Shown here piece after piece: positions 1 to 11,188 of a stretch of DNA of 64,000 nt. Every line of letters starts with the position of its first letter. Positions within the stretch are counted from its first letter, which is position 1. A program made the position numbers and the translations under genes. The stretch is taken from the NCBI GenBank assembly GCA_965208125.1, contig OZ242320.1:5184001-5248000 (forward strand). Direction: 5' to 3'. Source of the DNA: Candidatus Latescibacterota bacterium. Its GTDB lineage: Bacteria > Latescibacterota > UBA2968. The notes beneath the pieces are model-generated. The model was not told the origin of the DNA. It was given only the letters and a program-made list of their open reading frames with translations, and searched no databases.

Positions 1-20
1 CCATAAAAGAATACTCCTGA

Positions 21-845
21 TTACTTGCGTCTCTGAATGATCATTTGGTCAGATTTATTTTTCTTTTTGCGCGTTTTATATCCTTTTGTGGGTTGGCCCC
101 AGGGCGTCACCGGATGCCTACCACCTGTTGCTCGGCCTTCTCCACCACCGTGAGGATGGTCAATTGGGTTCATAGCAACACCACGCACTTTTGGACGTTT
201 GCCTAACCAGCGAGTCCGTCCTGCTTTTCCGACAACGACATTTTCATGCTCTAAATTGCCGACCTGTCCAATGGTCGCATAACACGATACCGAAACCAAC
301 CGACGTTCGCCAGAAGGCAGACGAAGAGTTGCAAGATTGCCTTCTTTCGCCATCACCTGAATTTCAGCACCTGCCGAGCGACCAATTTGTCCGCCTTTTC
401 CTGGCTTGAGTTCAACATTGTGCACATTGCTACCCAAAGGAATATTCGCCAGAGGAAGCGCGTTGCCGGGGCGAATCTCTGCATCTGCGCCAGAGGCAAC
501 CTCATCGCCGACACGTAAGCCAATTGGTGCCAGAATATAGCGTTTTTCGCCATCGACATAATGCAAGAGTGCAATGCGTGCCGATCGATTTGGATCGTAC
601 TCAATGCTATGCACAATTGCAGGCACACCGACTTTATCGCGCTTGAAATCAATTCGGCGATACATGCGCCGATGCCCGCCACCGCGACGACGGATCGTGA
701 TACGCCCCCGGTTATTGCGTCCCCCAGATTTTTTATTGGGTTCAATAAGTGATTTCTCAGGTGTATTTTTGGTAATCTCTTCAAAAGAAGAGACTGTCTT
801 AAATCGCAGCGAAGGCGTTAATGGGCGAAATTTCTTGACGGGCAT
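21..845 (-). CDS. rplB: 50S ribosomal protein L2
   Basis: Motifs EYDPNRSA and [16 protein letters not shown]; S10 operon position. The ATG at 2-4 with upstream AGGAG is probably the start of rpsS beyond the window edge. Confidence 0.99.
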   Translation of the reverse strand: MPVKKFRPLTPSLRFKTVSSFEEITKNTPEKSLIEPNKKSGGRNNRGRITIRRRGGGHRRMYRRIDFKRDKVGVPAIVHSIEYDPNRSARIALLHYVDGEKRYILAPIGLRVGDEVASGADAEIRPGNALPLANIPLGSNVHNVELKPGKGGQIGRSAGAEIQVMAKEGNLATLRLPSGERRLVSVSCYATIGQVGNLEHENVVVGKAGRTRWLGKRPKVRGVAMNPIDHPHGGGEGRATGGRHPVTPWGQPTKGYKTRKKKNKSDQMIIQRRK

Positions 846-850
846 GAGAT

Positions 851-1138
851 TTATCCTTCAAAAAAGTCGATACTGTATCCATCGGCCAGGGTGACAACAG
901 CCTTTTTCCAGTTGGAACGGCGTCCCTGAAACCGTCCAAGTCGCTTGATCTTACCATGCACTGTGCTCGTATTGACCTTTACAACCTCGACCTCAAACAT
1001 AGCTTCAACCGCACGCTGAATATCGACTTTGTTTGCACTACGGAGAACTTCAAATACATATTTATTCTGACTTTCCTGCAAATTAGAAGCCCGTTCTGTA
1101 ATAACGGGACGCCGAATAATCTGCATAGAATTTTTCAC
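851..1138 (-). CDS. rplW: 50S ribosomal protein L23
   Basis: IIRRPVITE...WKKAVVTL; GTG start overlaps the rplD stop (GTGA). Confidence 0.97.
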   Translation of the reverse strand: MKNSMQIIRRPVITERASNLQESQNKYVFEVLRSANKVDIQRAVEAMFEVEVVKVNTSTVHGKIKRLGRFQGRRSNWKKAVVTLADGYSIDFFEG

Positions 1139-1767
1139 GAGGCCCCCCACAGAGCACGAATGCGAGACACTGCACCGCATGTGAGAACCAGAACATCGGC
1201 ATTGACCACATCATAAGTTGAAACTTGTGAAACGGGTAATACGGAAAGTCTGGGAATATTTCGACAGGATTTGACGGTATTTTCAGCAATACCATCTGTC
1301 AAAAGCAATATCTTTTGCCCCTGAATTTCAAGCATTTGTGTCATTTGTGCCATTCGCTTTGTCTTGGGTTCCTCAAGCTCAAAATCTTCCAGAACAGATA
1401 TAGCTTTGCCGAGTGCTTTTTGCGAAAATGCCGAGCGTATGGCCAGTTTCTTGACTTTTTTAGGCACCCGTTCCAGAAAATATCTCGGTCTGGGACCATG
1501 GGCTATCCCACCACCGATCAAAATAGGCGATCCAGCAGTTCCCTTACGAGCACGACCTGTACCTTTTTGTCGGTACATCTTCCGTTTTGACCGATTGACT
1601 TCTGAGCGGGTTTTTGTCGAGGCATTGCCTTGCCGCTGATTGGTCAAATACGCTTTAACAACATAATAGATCGCGTCAGCCGATGGTTCAATTCCAAAAA
1701 CTGTCTCGGGTAACTCCACCGATCCAACTTCTTCACCTTCAAGATTGCAAACCTCAACAGATGCCAT
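1135..1767 (-). CDS. rplD: 50S ribosomal protein L4
   Basis: RQGNASTKTRSEV and QKGTGRAR motifs. Confidence 0.98.
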   Translation of the reverse strand: MASVEVCNLEGEEVGSVELPETVFGIEPSADAIYYVVKAYLTNQRQGNASTKTRSEVNRSKRKMYRQKGTGRARKGTAGSPILIGGGIAHGPRPRYFLERVPKKVKKLAIRSAFSQKALGKAISVLEDFELEEPKTKRMAQMTQMLEIQGQKILLLTDGIAENTVKSCRNIPRLSVLPVSQVSTYDVVNADVLVLTCGAVSRIRALWGAS

Positions 1768-1784
1768 AATCGCCTTACCTCAAA

Positions 1785-2408
1785 TCAGTTGCGTTTCTCA
1801 ATAACAACCGTAGCCCCTTTACTGCCTGGCACGGCACCTTTTACGAGGAGCAAATTTTGCTCGGTATCAACACTCACGACCTTTAAGCCTCGCACCGTTA
1901 CCCGCTGGTCACCCATATGACCTGCCATGCGCATCCCCTTAAACACCCGCGAAGGATTCGAACTTTGACCTATTGAACCAGGCGCGCGATGTCGATCTGA
2001 TTGTCCATGGGTTTTGGGGCCACCTCTGAATCCGTGACGCTTAACACCCCCCTGGAATCCACGGCCTTTTGATCGCGCCGTAACATCGACAACTTCGCCT
2101 ACTTCAAACATGCTGACATTAAGTATCTCACCTATAGCATATTCGGAGACATCATCAACTCGAAATTCCACAAGGCCTCGATGGGGATTAACACCTGCCT
2201 TCTTGAAAATCCCTTGATCTGCGCGGTTTAGCCGATTGGATCGAATCTCATCATACCCAACCCTCAATGCCATATACCCATCCGAATCCCAATTTTTGAT
2301 CTGAACAATGGGACACGGAACAACTTCGAGAACTGTGACAGGCGTCAACATTTCTGCGTCATCAAATGCCTGTGTCATACCGATTTTTTTTCCAATCAAT
2401 CCCAGCAC
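1785..2408 (-). CDS. rplC: 50S ribosomal protein L3
   Basis: GKKIGMTQ, SKGRGFQG and HRAPGSIG motifs. Confidence 0.99.
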   Translation of the reverse strand: MLGLIGKKIGMTQAFDDAEMLTPVTVLEVVPCPIVQIKNWDSDGYMALRVGYDEIRSNRLNRADQGIFKKAGVNPHRGLVEFRVDDVSEYAIGEILNVSMFEVGEVVDVTARSKGRGFQGGVKRHGFRGGPKTHGQSDRHRAPGSIGQSSNPSRVFKGMRMAGHMGDQRVTVRGLKVVSVDTEQNLLLVKGAVPGSKGATVVIEKRN

Positions 2409-2410
2409 GA

Positions 2411-2719
2411 CTACACCTTGATTTCAATATCAATACCCGCAGGCAGGTCCAACTTCATCAGAGCATCTACCGTTTGGGGCGTTGAGTTGTGAATGTCAAT
2501 CAGCCTTTTGTGTACGCGCATCTCAAACTGCTCACGCGATTTTTTATCGACATGAGGAGATCGCAATACCGTATAGAGAGAGCGCCTCGTCGGCAGAGGA
2601 ATGGGGCCTGAAATAAGCGCCCCAGTCCGTTTTGCTGTCCGAACAATTTCTTCAGCGGAACGATCCAGCGCATTGTGGTTGTATGCTTTTAGTCTAATTC
2701 TAATTTTTTGTGCAGGCAC
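2411..2719 (-). CDS. rpsJ: 30S ribosomal protein S10
   Basis: [30 protein letters not shown]. Confidence 0.99.
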   Translation of the reverse strand: MPAQKIRIRLKAYNHNALDRSAEEIVRTAKRTGALISGPIPLPTRRSLYTVLRSPHVDKKSREQFEMRVHKRLIDIHNSTPQTVDALMKLDLPAGIDIEIKV

Positions 2720-2739
2720 AGGGCATCCCTTTGCGGTTC

Positions 2740-3933
2740 TTATTCAACAATTTCAGTAATCACACCCGAGCCAATGGTTCGACCACCTTCCCGCACGGCA
2801 AATCGCAGTTCGGTCTCCATAGCAATTGGCGTAAGCAGTTCCACAGACATAGTCACATTATCGCCGGGCATCACCATTTCTACGCCCTCGGGCAACTCTA
2901 CTTTGCCAGTCACATCTGTGGTGCGGAAATAGAACTGAGGTTGATAGCCAGTAAAGAAAGGTTTACTCCGCCCACCCTCTTTGTCCGTCAACACATAAAC
3001 TTCGCCTTTAAACTTTTTATGGGGGGTCACTGAGCCCGGCTTAGCAATTACCATGCCGCGTTCAATCTCATCTTTGTCAACGCCGCGAAGCAACAAACCG
3101 ACATTGTCACCAGCCCTGCCCTCATCGAGCAGTTTGCGGAACATTTCCACACCGGTAACTGTTGTTTTGCGACTCTCGCGAATACCCACAATCTCAACTT
3201 CCTCATTGACATTGACTACACCGCGTTCAATGCGACCAGTACCCACTGTACCGCGACCAGTAATCGTAAAGACGTCCTCAACCGGCATCAAAAAATCTTT
3301 GTCAATCTCACGCACAGGCTCCGGAATATTTTCGTCTACTGCTTCCATCAACTCCCAGATACAGGCACAATCTTCGGAATCGGGATCGTCAGACTCCAAA
3401 GCTTTGAGAGCAGATCCCTGAATCACTGGCACATCATCACCGGGAAAATCGTATTGATCCAACAACTCGCGGACTTCCAGATCGACCAGTTCGAGCAATT
3501 CTTCATCATCGACCATATCGACTTTATTCATAAATACCACGATAGAAGGCACATTGACCTGGCGTGAAAGCAGAATATGCTCGCGGGTCTGAATCATGGG
3601 ACCATCTGCAGCACTAACGACCAGAATCGCGCCATCCATCTGCGCGGCACCCGTGATCATGTTCTTCACATAGTCAGCATGCCCGGGACAATCTACGTGG
3701 GCATAGTGCCGATTTTCTGTTTGGTACTCCACATGGGCCGTATTAATGGTGATTCCACGCTCTTTTTCTTCGGGTGCTTTGTCAATGTCGTCAAAAGGCA
3801 TATAATCGGCAAGCCCCTTGGCTGCCAGCGTCTTGGTAATAGCGGCAGTCAGCGTGGTTTTGCCGTGATCGACATGCCCAATTGTGCCGATGTTGACATG
3901 GGGTTTGTCCCGTTCAAATTTTTCCTTCGCCAT
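2740..3933 (-). CDS. tuf: Elongation factor Tu
   Basis: [28 protein letters not shown]. Confidence 0.99.
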   Translation of the reverse strand: MAKEKFERDKPHVNIGTIGHVDHGKTTLTAAITKTLAAKGLADYMPFDDIDKAPEEKERGITINTAHVEYQTENRHYAHVDCPGHADYVKNMITGAAQMDGAILVVSAADGPMIQTREHILLSRQVNVPSIVVFMNKVDMVDDEELLELVDLEVRELLDQYDFPGDDVPVIQGSALKALESDDPDSEDCACIWELMEAVDENIPEPVREIDKDFLMPVEDVFTITGRGTVGTGRIERGVVNVNEEVEIVGIRESRKTTVTGVEMFRKLLDEGRAGDNVGLLLRGVDKDEIERGMVIAKPGSVTPHKKFKGEVYVLTDKEGGRSKPFFTGYQPQFYFRTTDVTGKVELPEGVEMVMPGDNVTMSVELLTPIAMETELRFAVREGGRTIGSGVITEIVE

Positions 3934-3978
3934 GTTTTCCTCCTGAAAAGATCGAACGAAATAAAAAAACGCGTTCGC

Positions 3979-6072
3979 TTACGTTGCAAATACATTGACT
4001 GAAGAGAGAATGTCTTCAGCGATGCTCTGCGGCATTTCCTCAAATTTGGAAAATTCCATTGAATAAATCGCACGGCCCTGTGTGATAGACCGCAACTTTG
4101 TTGCATAACCAAACATTTCACTCAGCGGCACAGTAGCCGAGATAACCTGTGCATCGGGGCGGTTGACAATGCCTACAATATGCCCTCGACGCGCATTCAG
4201 GTCACCTATAACATCGCCCATATAGTCTTCAGGCACAACGACTTCCACATCAAAAACAGGTTCCATAAGATAAGTTTTAGCCCGTCTGGCAGCCTCTTGA
4301 AAAGCCATTGAACCTGCAATCTTGAAGGCTATTTCAGAAGAATCAACATCGTGGTAGGAACCGTCAAACAGTTCGACTTTGACATCATCTATTGGATACC
4401 CAGCCAAGACCCCACCTGTCATTGCCTCCTGAATTCCCGCGCGCACGGCAGGAATATATTCAGACGGAATTGCACCACCTGTAATTTTGTTTTCAAAAAC
4501 AAGTCCTGTACCGGGTTTACCAGGTTCCAGGTTGATAACCACATGACCGTATTGTCCTCGACCGCCACTTTGGCGGACAAAGCGCCCGTGAATATTTTGA
4601 ACGGCATTGCGGAGGGCCTCTTTGTAAGTGACCTGTGGTTTGCCAACATTGGCCTCAACCCTGAATTCGCGTTTGAGACGATCCACAATAATCTCCAGGT
4701 GCAATTCACCCATACCTGAAATAATGGTCTGTCCGGTGTCAGGATCAATAGCTACGTGAAAAGTCGGGTCTTCTTCGGTTAGCTTGCTTAATGCAATGCC
4801 AAGTTGATCCTGATCAGCCTTGGTTTTTGGCTCAATTGCCACAGAAATTACGGGCTTGGCAAACTCCATTGCTTCCAATATCACAGGCTCTTTTGCATCG
4901 CACAGCGTCTCTCCTGTTGCCGTGTCTTTTAGCCCAACAACAGCTGCGATATCACCCGCAGATACCGCATCGATCTCTTCCCGCTTATCTGCGTGCATTT
5001 GCAACATACGTCCGATGCGCTCGCGTTTGCCCTTGTTGGCATTGAGAACATAAGAACCTTTATTTAACTGACCTGAATATACGCGGAAGTAAGTCAACCG
5101 CCCAACATAAGGATCTGTCATCACCTTAAAAGCCAAAGCAGCAAAAGGTACTTCGTCGGAAACCGGACGAGAAACCCCAATGTCGAAATTTTTGAGATCG
5201 TGCCCCATAATTTCAGGCACATCGCGAGGCGAGGGCAAATATGCGACAATAGCATCTAACAAGCGCTGCACGCCTTTATTTTTAAATGCCGACCCACAAA
5301 GCACAGGTAAGGCAGCCCCGTTGATTACAGCCTGGCGCAAAGCAGCTTTAATCTCTCCCTCGCTGATATCTTCACCTTCGAGAAATTTTTCCATCAAAGT
5401 GTCGTCAAAATCGGATACAGCTTCCAGCAATTGCTCGCGGCCTTCATAGGCGCGTTCTGCCAGATCGTTTGGGATACTATCTTCCGTAAACAGGGTGCCT
5501 AAAGAATCATCCTCGTAGGTCACGAGTTTCATCTTGATCAAATCAATCAAGCCCGTAAACATCTCCCCAGCCCCCACAGGCAACTGAACGGGAACAAAAT
5601 TGGCCCCCAATCTTTCACGCATCATTTCTACTACGCGGTCAAAATCGGCACCCGTGCGATCCATTTTGTTGACAAAAGCAATCCGAGGGACGGAATATTT
5701 ATCAGCCTGACGCCAGACAGTTTCCGATTGGGGTTCAACGCCTCCAACTGCGCAAAACAGCCCTACAGCACCATCTAAAACGCGCAACGATCGCTCGACT
5801 TCGGCAGTAAAATCAACATGTCCTGGCGTATCGATAATATTGATGCGGTGGTCATCCCAAAAACACGTTGTAGCCGCCGACGTAATAGTAATGCCGCGCT
5901 CGCGCTCTTGAGCCATCCAGTCCATGGTGGCAGCACCATCGTGGACCTCACCCATCCTGCGCAAAATACCTGTATAATAGAGAATGCGCTCGGTTGTGGT
6001 GGTTTTGCCTGCGTCAATGTGCGCCATAATCCCAATATTGCGGGTGCGCTCTAAGTCGTATTTTTTTGCCAT
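3979..6072 (-). CDS. fusA: Elongation factor G
   Basis: [36 protein letters not shown]; start at ATG 6072 (GTG 6081 is an alternative). Confidence 0.99.
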   Translation of the reverse strand: MAKKYDLERTRNIGIMAHIDAGKTTTTERILYYTGILRRMGEVHDGAATMDWMAQERERGITITSAATTCFWDDHRINIIDTPGHVDFTAEVERSLRVLDGAVGLFCAVGGVEPQSETVWRQADKYSVPRIAFVNKMDRTGADFDRVVEMMRERLGANFVPVQLPVGAGEMFTGLIDLIKMKLVTYEDDSLGTLFTEDSIPNDLAERAYEGREQLLEAVSDFDDTLMEKFLEGEDISEGEIKAALRQAVINGAALPVLCGSAFKNKGVQRLLDAIVAYLPSPRDVPEIMGHDLKNFDIGVSRPVSDEVPFAALAFKVMTDPYVGRLTYFRVYSGQLNKGSYVLNANKGKRERIGRMLQMHADKREEIDAVSAGDIAAVVGLKDTATGETLCDAKEPVILEAMEFAKPVISVAIEPKTKADQDQLGIALSKLTEEDPTFHVAIDPDTGQTIISGMGELHLEIIVDRLKREFRVEANVGKPQVTYKEALRNAVQNIHGRFVRQSGGRGQYGHVVINLEPGKPGTGLVFENKITGGAIPSEYIPAVRAGIQEAMTGGVLAGYPIDDVKVELFDGSYHDVDSSEIAFKIAGSMAFQEAARRAKTYLMEPVFDVEVVVPEDYMGDVIGDLNARRGHIVGIVNRPDAQVISATVPLSEMFGYATKLRSITQGRAIYSMEFSKFEEMPQSIAEDILSSVNVFAT

Positions 6073-6081
6073 CTTATTCAC

Positions 6082-6549
6082 TTACCAGCGATAATGCGCA
6101 AATGCGCGATTGGCTTCTGCCATGCGATGCGTTTCTTCACGTCGTTGCATTGCACGTCCTTGTCCGTTTGCTGCATCCATAAATTCACCGGCCAAACGCT
6201 GAGCCATTGTCTTTTCGCCTCGTTCCCTGGCAAATAAAATCAACCAGCGAATAGACAGCGCAAGACGCTCATCGGGACGGACTTCTTCTGGCACCTGGTA
6301 AGTCGCACCACCGACGCGGCGCGACCTCACCTTGACAACCGGTTTGACATTGTCAAGTGCTTTTTCAAAAATCTCTAAACCGGAATTTCCACTTCGCGCT
6401 TCAACCAGATCAAGTGCCTCGTAAAAAATTCGTTCACCCACACTCTTTTTGCCCTTGCGAAACAAGCAGTTGACAAAACGCGTCACCAACAGACTGCTGT
6501 ATTTGGGATCTGGAGCCAGATGTCGTTTTTCCGCTCGCCGTTTTCGCAT
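6082..6549 (-). CDS. rpsG: 30S ribosomal protein S7
   Basis: [12 protein letters not shown] and [15 protein letters not shown]; start trimmed to MRKRRAEKR. Confidence 0.98.
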   Translation of the reverse strand: MRKRRAEKRHLAPDPKYSSLLVTRFVNCLFRKGKKSVGERIFYEALDLVEARSGNSGLEIFEKALDNVKPVVKVRSRRVGGATYQVPEEVRPDERLALSIRWLILFARERGEKTMAQRLAGEFMDAANGQGRAMQRREETHRMAEANRAFAHYRW

Positions 6550-6635
6550 ATCGGGATATACCTTCTTTTTACAATAAGGGGGATACACCACCAAGGTGGT
6601 ATCCCCCATGTTTATCAAATAACAGGCACTTGAGA

Positions 6636-7007
6636 TTAACCCGCTTTTTTTGTGCCGTATTTGGAACGACCCTGTTTGCGGTCTTCCACGCCAGTTGTGT
6701 CGAGTACGCCCCGAAGAATGTGATACCGAACCGAAGGAAGGTCCTTGACGCGACCGCCCCGAATGAGTACCACAGAGTGCTCCATGAGATTGTGTCCTTC
6801 ACCCGGAATATAGGCTGTTACTTCAAGACCATTCGTCAACCTGACACGCGCTACTTTGCGCAGAGCTGAATTGGGCTTTTTGGGCGTTGTGGTATAGACG
6901 CGTGTACAAACACCGCGTTTTTGAGGACAGGCTCTCAAAGCGGGTGCAGAAGAACGCTTGCGCTTGGCTTTTCGCCCCTTCCGAACCAGTTGATTAATTG
7001 TGGGCAA
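6636..7007 (-). CDS. rpsL: 30S ribosomal protein S12
   Basis: [19 protein letters not shown]; TTG start preceded by GGAGG. Confidence 0.99.
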   Translation of the reverse strand: MPTINQLVRKGRKAKRKRSSAPALRACPQKRGVCTRVYTTTPKKPNSALRKVARVRLTNGLEVTAYIPGEGHNLMEHSVVLIRGGRVKDLPSVRYHILRGVLDTTGVEDRKQGRSKYGTKKAG

Positions 7008-7066
7008 CTCAACCTCCGTAAATAAATTATGGGAGACTTGTAATATACCTGGTGCAATGATAGCTG

Positions 7067-10000
7067 TCAAGCATTAATTGGAGGCAGACCAATGCTTTCA
7101 GTACTCTCTTCTGCAAGAGCTTCAAAAACCTGTGATTCTTCCACCACATCTGTATCCAAATCGCGGTATTTCAAAGCACCTGTACCGGCGGGAATAAGGT
7201 GTCCGATGATCACATTTTCCTTTAATCCCAACAGCGCGTCAACTTTACCCTGTACTGCTGCTTCGGTAAGTACTCGGGTAGTTTCCTGGAAAGACGCGGC
7301 CGAAATAAAACTCTCGGTCAAAAGAGAGGCTCGTGTAATCCCCAACAAGACGGGATTGTTAGTTGCAGGATCGCCCCCTTCAGCGAGGACCTTTTCATTT
7401 TCCTCGAGAAAGCGGAATCGGTCAACGAGTTCGTCTTCGAGAAAATTGGTATCTCCAGGATCTGTCACCTGCACTTTCTGCAACATCTGTCGGACTATGG
7501 TTTCAATATGCTTATCATTGATTTTCACACCCTGGAGCCGATAAACCTGCTGAATTTCGTCAAGGAGATATTCCTGAACTTTTCGATCTCCCAGAATAGC
7601 CAGAATATCGTGTGGATTTACCGATCCTTCAGAGAGACGATCACCAGCGGTCACGCGATCACCTTCTTGCACGCGCAGATGTCGTCCGTAGGGAATGGTG
7701 TATTTTTTTTCTTCGCCCTCATCAGCCGTGATCAGGACAACACGCGAGCCTCTCACCATACCACCAAAGCGCACCGAGCCGTTGATTTCTGTTACCACAG
7801 AAGCCTCTTTGGGGCGACGTGCCTCAAAAAGCTCAGCCACACGCGGCAAACCACCTGTAATATCTCGTGTTTTACTGCGTTCTCGCGAAATCTTAGCCAG
7901 TGTATCGCCAGCTGCTACTTGATCGCCATCATGCACCACCAGACGCGCTCCCAGGGGAATGATGTAATGGCCCAGTTCTTCACCATCTTCATCAACAACC
8001 AGAATGTGTGGAGATAAGGTGCGGTCTCGGTGCTCAATCACGACCAGTCCGGCAATGCTGGTGGTTTCATCGATCTCTTCGCGATATGTCATCCCTTCTA
8101 CGAGATCCACAAACTGAACCCTACCAGCTTTGGGCGATACAATCACATTATTATAGGGGTCCCATTCGTAGAGAGCCTGGTCCTCTTCCACATCTTGTCC
8201 CTCCCGCACGCGCAACACGGCTCCATGCGGTACATGGTAGTGCCCCCCTCTTACACGCCCCTGATCATCCTGTACTTCGATCTCACCATTCCGACCGACC
8301 ACAACCCACGCATCTGCATCGCGCTGGACAAACTCGAGATGCTTAAAGATGACTTTTCCCGCACGCTTTGCACCTATCTCGGCCTGCTCGGCAATGCGGT
8401 TGGTAGTACCACCAATGTGAAAAGTGCGCAATGTCAGTTGCGTTCCCGGCTCACCCACACTCTGGGCCGCAATAACACCTACAGCCTCTCCAATATCAAC
8501 AGGTAGTCCGGTGGCGGGATTGCGACCATAACAGGCCATACAGACCCCTCGTCGAGTTTCACACGTCAATACGGACCGCACAAAGACGCCTTCAATACCT
8601 GCATCGGCAATTTTGTCGGCCAATTCTTCATCCAATAAAATGCCTGCGTCAACAATGCGGTCACCTGTAATGGGGTCTTCCACATCCTCTAGCACTGTGC
8701 GTCCTACAATGCGATCAGACAGCGATTCAACAACTTCTTCTCCTTCTTTCAGAGCTTCCATCTCAATGCCCAATATCGTTCCGCAATCGGCTTCAGAAAT
8801 AACCACATCTTGCGACACATCCACCATGCGACGCGTCAAGTATCCCGCTTCAGCGGTCTTCAAGGCCGTATCAGCCAGCCCCTTGCGACTGCCGTGCGTC
8901 GAAATAAAATACTCAAGCACGGTCAGACCTTCTTTAAGTGACGAAACAATAGGTGTTTCAATAATTTCGCCAATCGCTCCCGTCAATTTTTTTTGCGGTT
9001 TATTCATCAGCCCGCGCATACCACCGAGTTGCTTGATCTGATCGTCGTTGCCTCGCGCACCCGAATCCTTCATAATCCAGATCGAATTGAAGCCATCTTC
9101 GGCTTTTTCAAATGCACCAATCATAGCCTGGGCAATGTGATTAGTCGTATGCTGCCACACATCAATCACTTTGTTGTAGCGTTCGCCCTCAGTAATAGCC
9201 CCGATCGCGTGTTGTTCAATAATTTTTTCCACTTCGTCCATAGCACCGGTAATCAACTCTTCCTTTTCGGGAGGCACGACCACATCGCTCACCGCAATCG
9301 AAATACCCGACTGCGTCGCATAATCGTATCCCAATTTCTTCAAGCCATCGAGAAAATCTGTCGTAATGCGGTTGCCATACCGACTGTGGACTTCAGAAGA
9401 AACTTTGCGGATACCTTTGTCATCGATCAATTCATTGATAAAGGACATCGTTTCGGGGATAATTTCATTAAAAATGACGCGCCCAACTGTAGTTATCAAA
9501 AGTTTGCCATCAATGCGAACGCGCACGGCTTCGTGCAGGCCAATGCGTTCAAAATCATATGCCATGCGAGCTTCATCGGTACTGCTAAAGGTTTTGAGGT
9601 CCTCTTCCTTACCGTGAACAATTTTTGTCAGATAATACAAGCCCAATGCTATTTCCTGGGGTTTATCGACCACAACAGGAGACCCATCGGCGGGTTTGAG
9701 CAAATTGTTTGAAGACAGCATCAATACCCGCGCTTCAATCTGGGCCTCAAAAGAAAGCGGCAGGTGCACGGCCATCTGATCACCGTCAAAATCGGCATTA
9801 AATGCCGCACAGACCAGAGGGTGAATGCGAATGGCTTTGCCTTCTACAAGCACGGGTAAAAACGCCTGAATGCCCAGGCGATGCAATGTCGGGGCGCGAT
9901 TGAGTAAAACGCAGTGATCCTGGATAATTTCTTCGAGAATATCCCATACTTCAACGCGCTCGCGTTCGACCAATTTTTTTGCACTTTTAACGGTTTGAAC

Positions 10001-11158
10001 AAGCCCTTTTTCTTCGAGCCGCCGAATAATAAATGGCTTGAATAATTCCAGAGCCATATGTTTGGGCAGGCCACATTGATAAAGCCTCAAATGAGGATCG
10101 ACTACAATCACAGAACGGCCCGAATAATCGACGCGTTTACCCAAAAGATTCTGGCGGAATCGGCCCTGTTTACCCTTGAGCAGATCGGAAAGTGACTTGA
10201 GAGATCGATTGCCATCACCGCGAACAGCACGGGACCGGCGACCATTGTCAAACAGGGCATCTACAGCCTCTTGAAGCATGCGTTTTTCATTGCGTAAAAT
10301 GACTTCGGGCGCTTTGATTTCAATCAGTTTTTTTAGCCGATTATTTCTATTGATCACGCGGCGATATAAATCGTTGAGATCCGAAGTTGCGAACCGCCCG
10401 CCTTCTAAGGGCACAAGAGGACGCAAGTCGGGCGGGATGACGGGAATCACATCGAGAATCATCCAATCGGGCTGATTGTCCGATTGACGGAAAGCTTCAA
10501 CGACCTTGAGGCGTTTGAGCGCCTCTTGTTTGCGCTGCACCGAAGTCTCGAAACGAGCTTGTGTTCGCAGTTCGGCAGATAAATCCTCAATATCGATCGC
10601 AGACAGCAGTTTTTTGATCGCACCAGCTCCCATATCCACTTCAAACGAATACCCCTCGTCTTCTAGTTCAATCACCTCATCTTCAGTGAGCAAATCTTTG
10701 GATTTGAGCTCTGGTGCGTCGCCAGGATCAAGTACCACATATGATTCGTAGTAAATAATCCGCTCGAGATTGCGAACGGAAAGATTGAGCAAATACCCCA
10801 TGCGAGACGGCAGAGACTTAAAAAACCAGATATGTGTCACCGGAACCGCCAATTCGATATGTCCCAGTCGTTCTCGTCTGACTTTCGATTGGGTCACTTC
10901 TACCCCACACCGATCGCATACCACACCACGGTACCGAATTCGTTTGTATTTACCGCAATGGCACTCCCAGTCTTTAACAGGTCCAAAAATGCATTCGCAA
11001 AATAAACCATCGCGCTCGGGCTTAAAAGACCGATAATTGATGGTTTCCGGTTTGGTGACCTCGCCGCGCGACCACCCGCGGATGGTATCTGGCGAAGCCA
11101 GTTGAATGCGAATAGAATTAAAGTCTAAGGGTTGATTGGCAAAATTGGTATCGGCCAC
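7067..11158 (-). CDS. rpoC: RNA polymerase beta' subunit
   Basis: NADFDGDQM catalytic motif; N-terminal Zn finger. Confidence 0.99.
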   Translation of the reverse strand: MADTNFANQPLDFNSIRIQLASPDTIRGWSRGEVTKPETINYRSFKPERDGLFCECIFGPVKDWECHCGKYKRIRYRGVVCDRCGVEVTQSKVRRERLGHIELAVPVTHIWFFKSLPSRMGYLLNLSVRNLERIIYYESYVVLDPGDAPELKSKDLLTEDEVIELEDEGYSFEVDMGAGAIKKLLSAIDIEDLSAELRTQARFETSVQRKQEALKRLKVVEAFRQSDNQPDWMILDVIPVIPPDLRPLVPLEGGRFATSDLNDLYRRVINRNNRLKKLIEIKAPEVILRNEKRMLQEAVDALFDNGRRSRAVRGDGNRSLKSLSDLLKGKQGRFRQNLLGKRVDYSGRSVIVVDPHLRLYQCGLPKHMALELFKPFIIRRLEEKGLVQTVKSAKKLVERERVEVWDILEEIIQDHCVLLNRAPTLHRLGIQAFLPVLVEGKAIRIHPLVCAAFNADFDGDQMAVHLPLSFEAQIEARVLMLSSNNLLKPADGSPVVVDKPQEIALGLYYLTKIVHGKEEDLKTFSSTDEARMAYDFERIGLHEAVRVRIDGKLLITTVGRVIFNEIIPETMSFINELIDDKGIRKVSSEVHSRYGNRITTDFLDGLKKLGYDYATQSGISIAVSDVVVPPEKEELITGAMDEVEKIIEQHAIGAITEGERYNKVIDVWQHTTNHIAQAMIGAFEKAEDGFNSIWIMKDSGARGNDDQIKQLGGMRGLMNKPQKKLTGAIGEIIETPIVSSLKEGLTVLEYFISTHGSRKGLADTALKTAEAGYLTRRMVDVSQDVVISEADCGTILGIEMEALKEGEEVVESLSDRIVGRTVLEDVEDPITGDRIVDAGILLDEELADKIADAGIEGVFVRSVLTCETRRGVCMACYGRNPATGLPVDIGEAVGVIAAQSVGEPGTQLTLRTFHIGGTTNRIAEQAEIGAKRAGKVIFKHLEFVQRDADAWVVVGRNGEIEVQDDQGRVRGGHYHVPHGAVLRVREGQDVEEDQALYEWDPYNNVIVSPKAGRVQFVDLVEGMTYREEIDETTSIAGLVVIEHRDRTLSPHILVVDEDGEELGHYIIPLGARLVVHDGDQVAAGDTLAKISRERSKTRDITGGLPRVAELFEARRPKEASVVTEINGSVRFGGMVRGSRVVLITADEGEEKKYTIPYGRHLRVQEGDRVTAGDRLSEGSVNPHDILAILGDRKVQEYLLDEIQQVYRLQGVKINDKHIETIVRQMLQKVQVTDPGDTNFLEDELVDRFRFLEENEKVLAEGGDPATNNPVLLGITRASLLTESFISAASFQETTRVLTEAAVQGKVDALLGLKENVIIGHLIPAGTGALKYRDLDTDVVEESQVFEALAEESTESIGLPPINA

Positions 11159-11188
11159 GAGAGAACCCCCTTTTCAAATCTTATGTCG

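Noticed and set aside
2930-2980. EF-Tu variant [15 protein letters not shown] as elfamycin resistance
   Set aside because: The main kirromycin-resistance positions I can identify (Q124, G316, Q329, A375 equivalents) look canonical.
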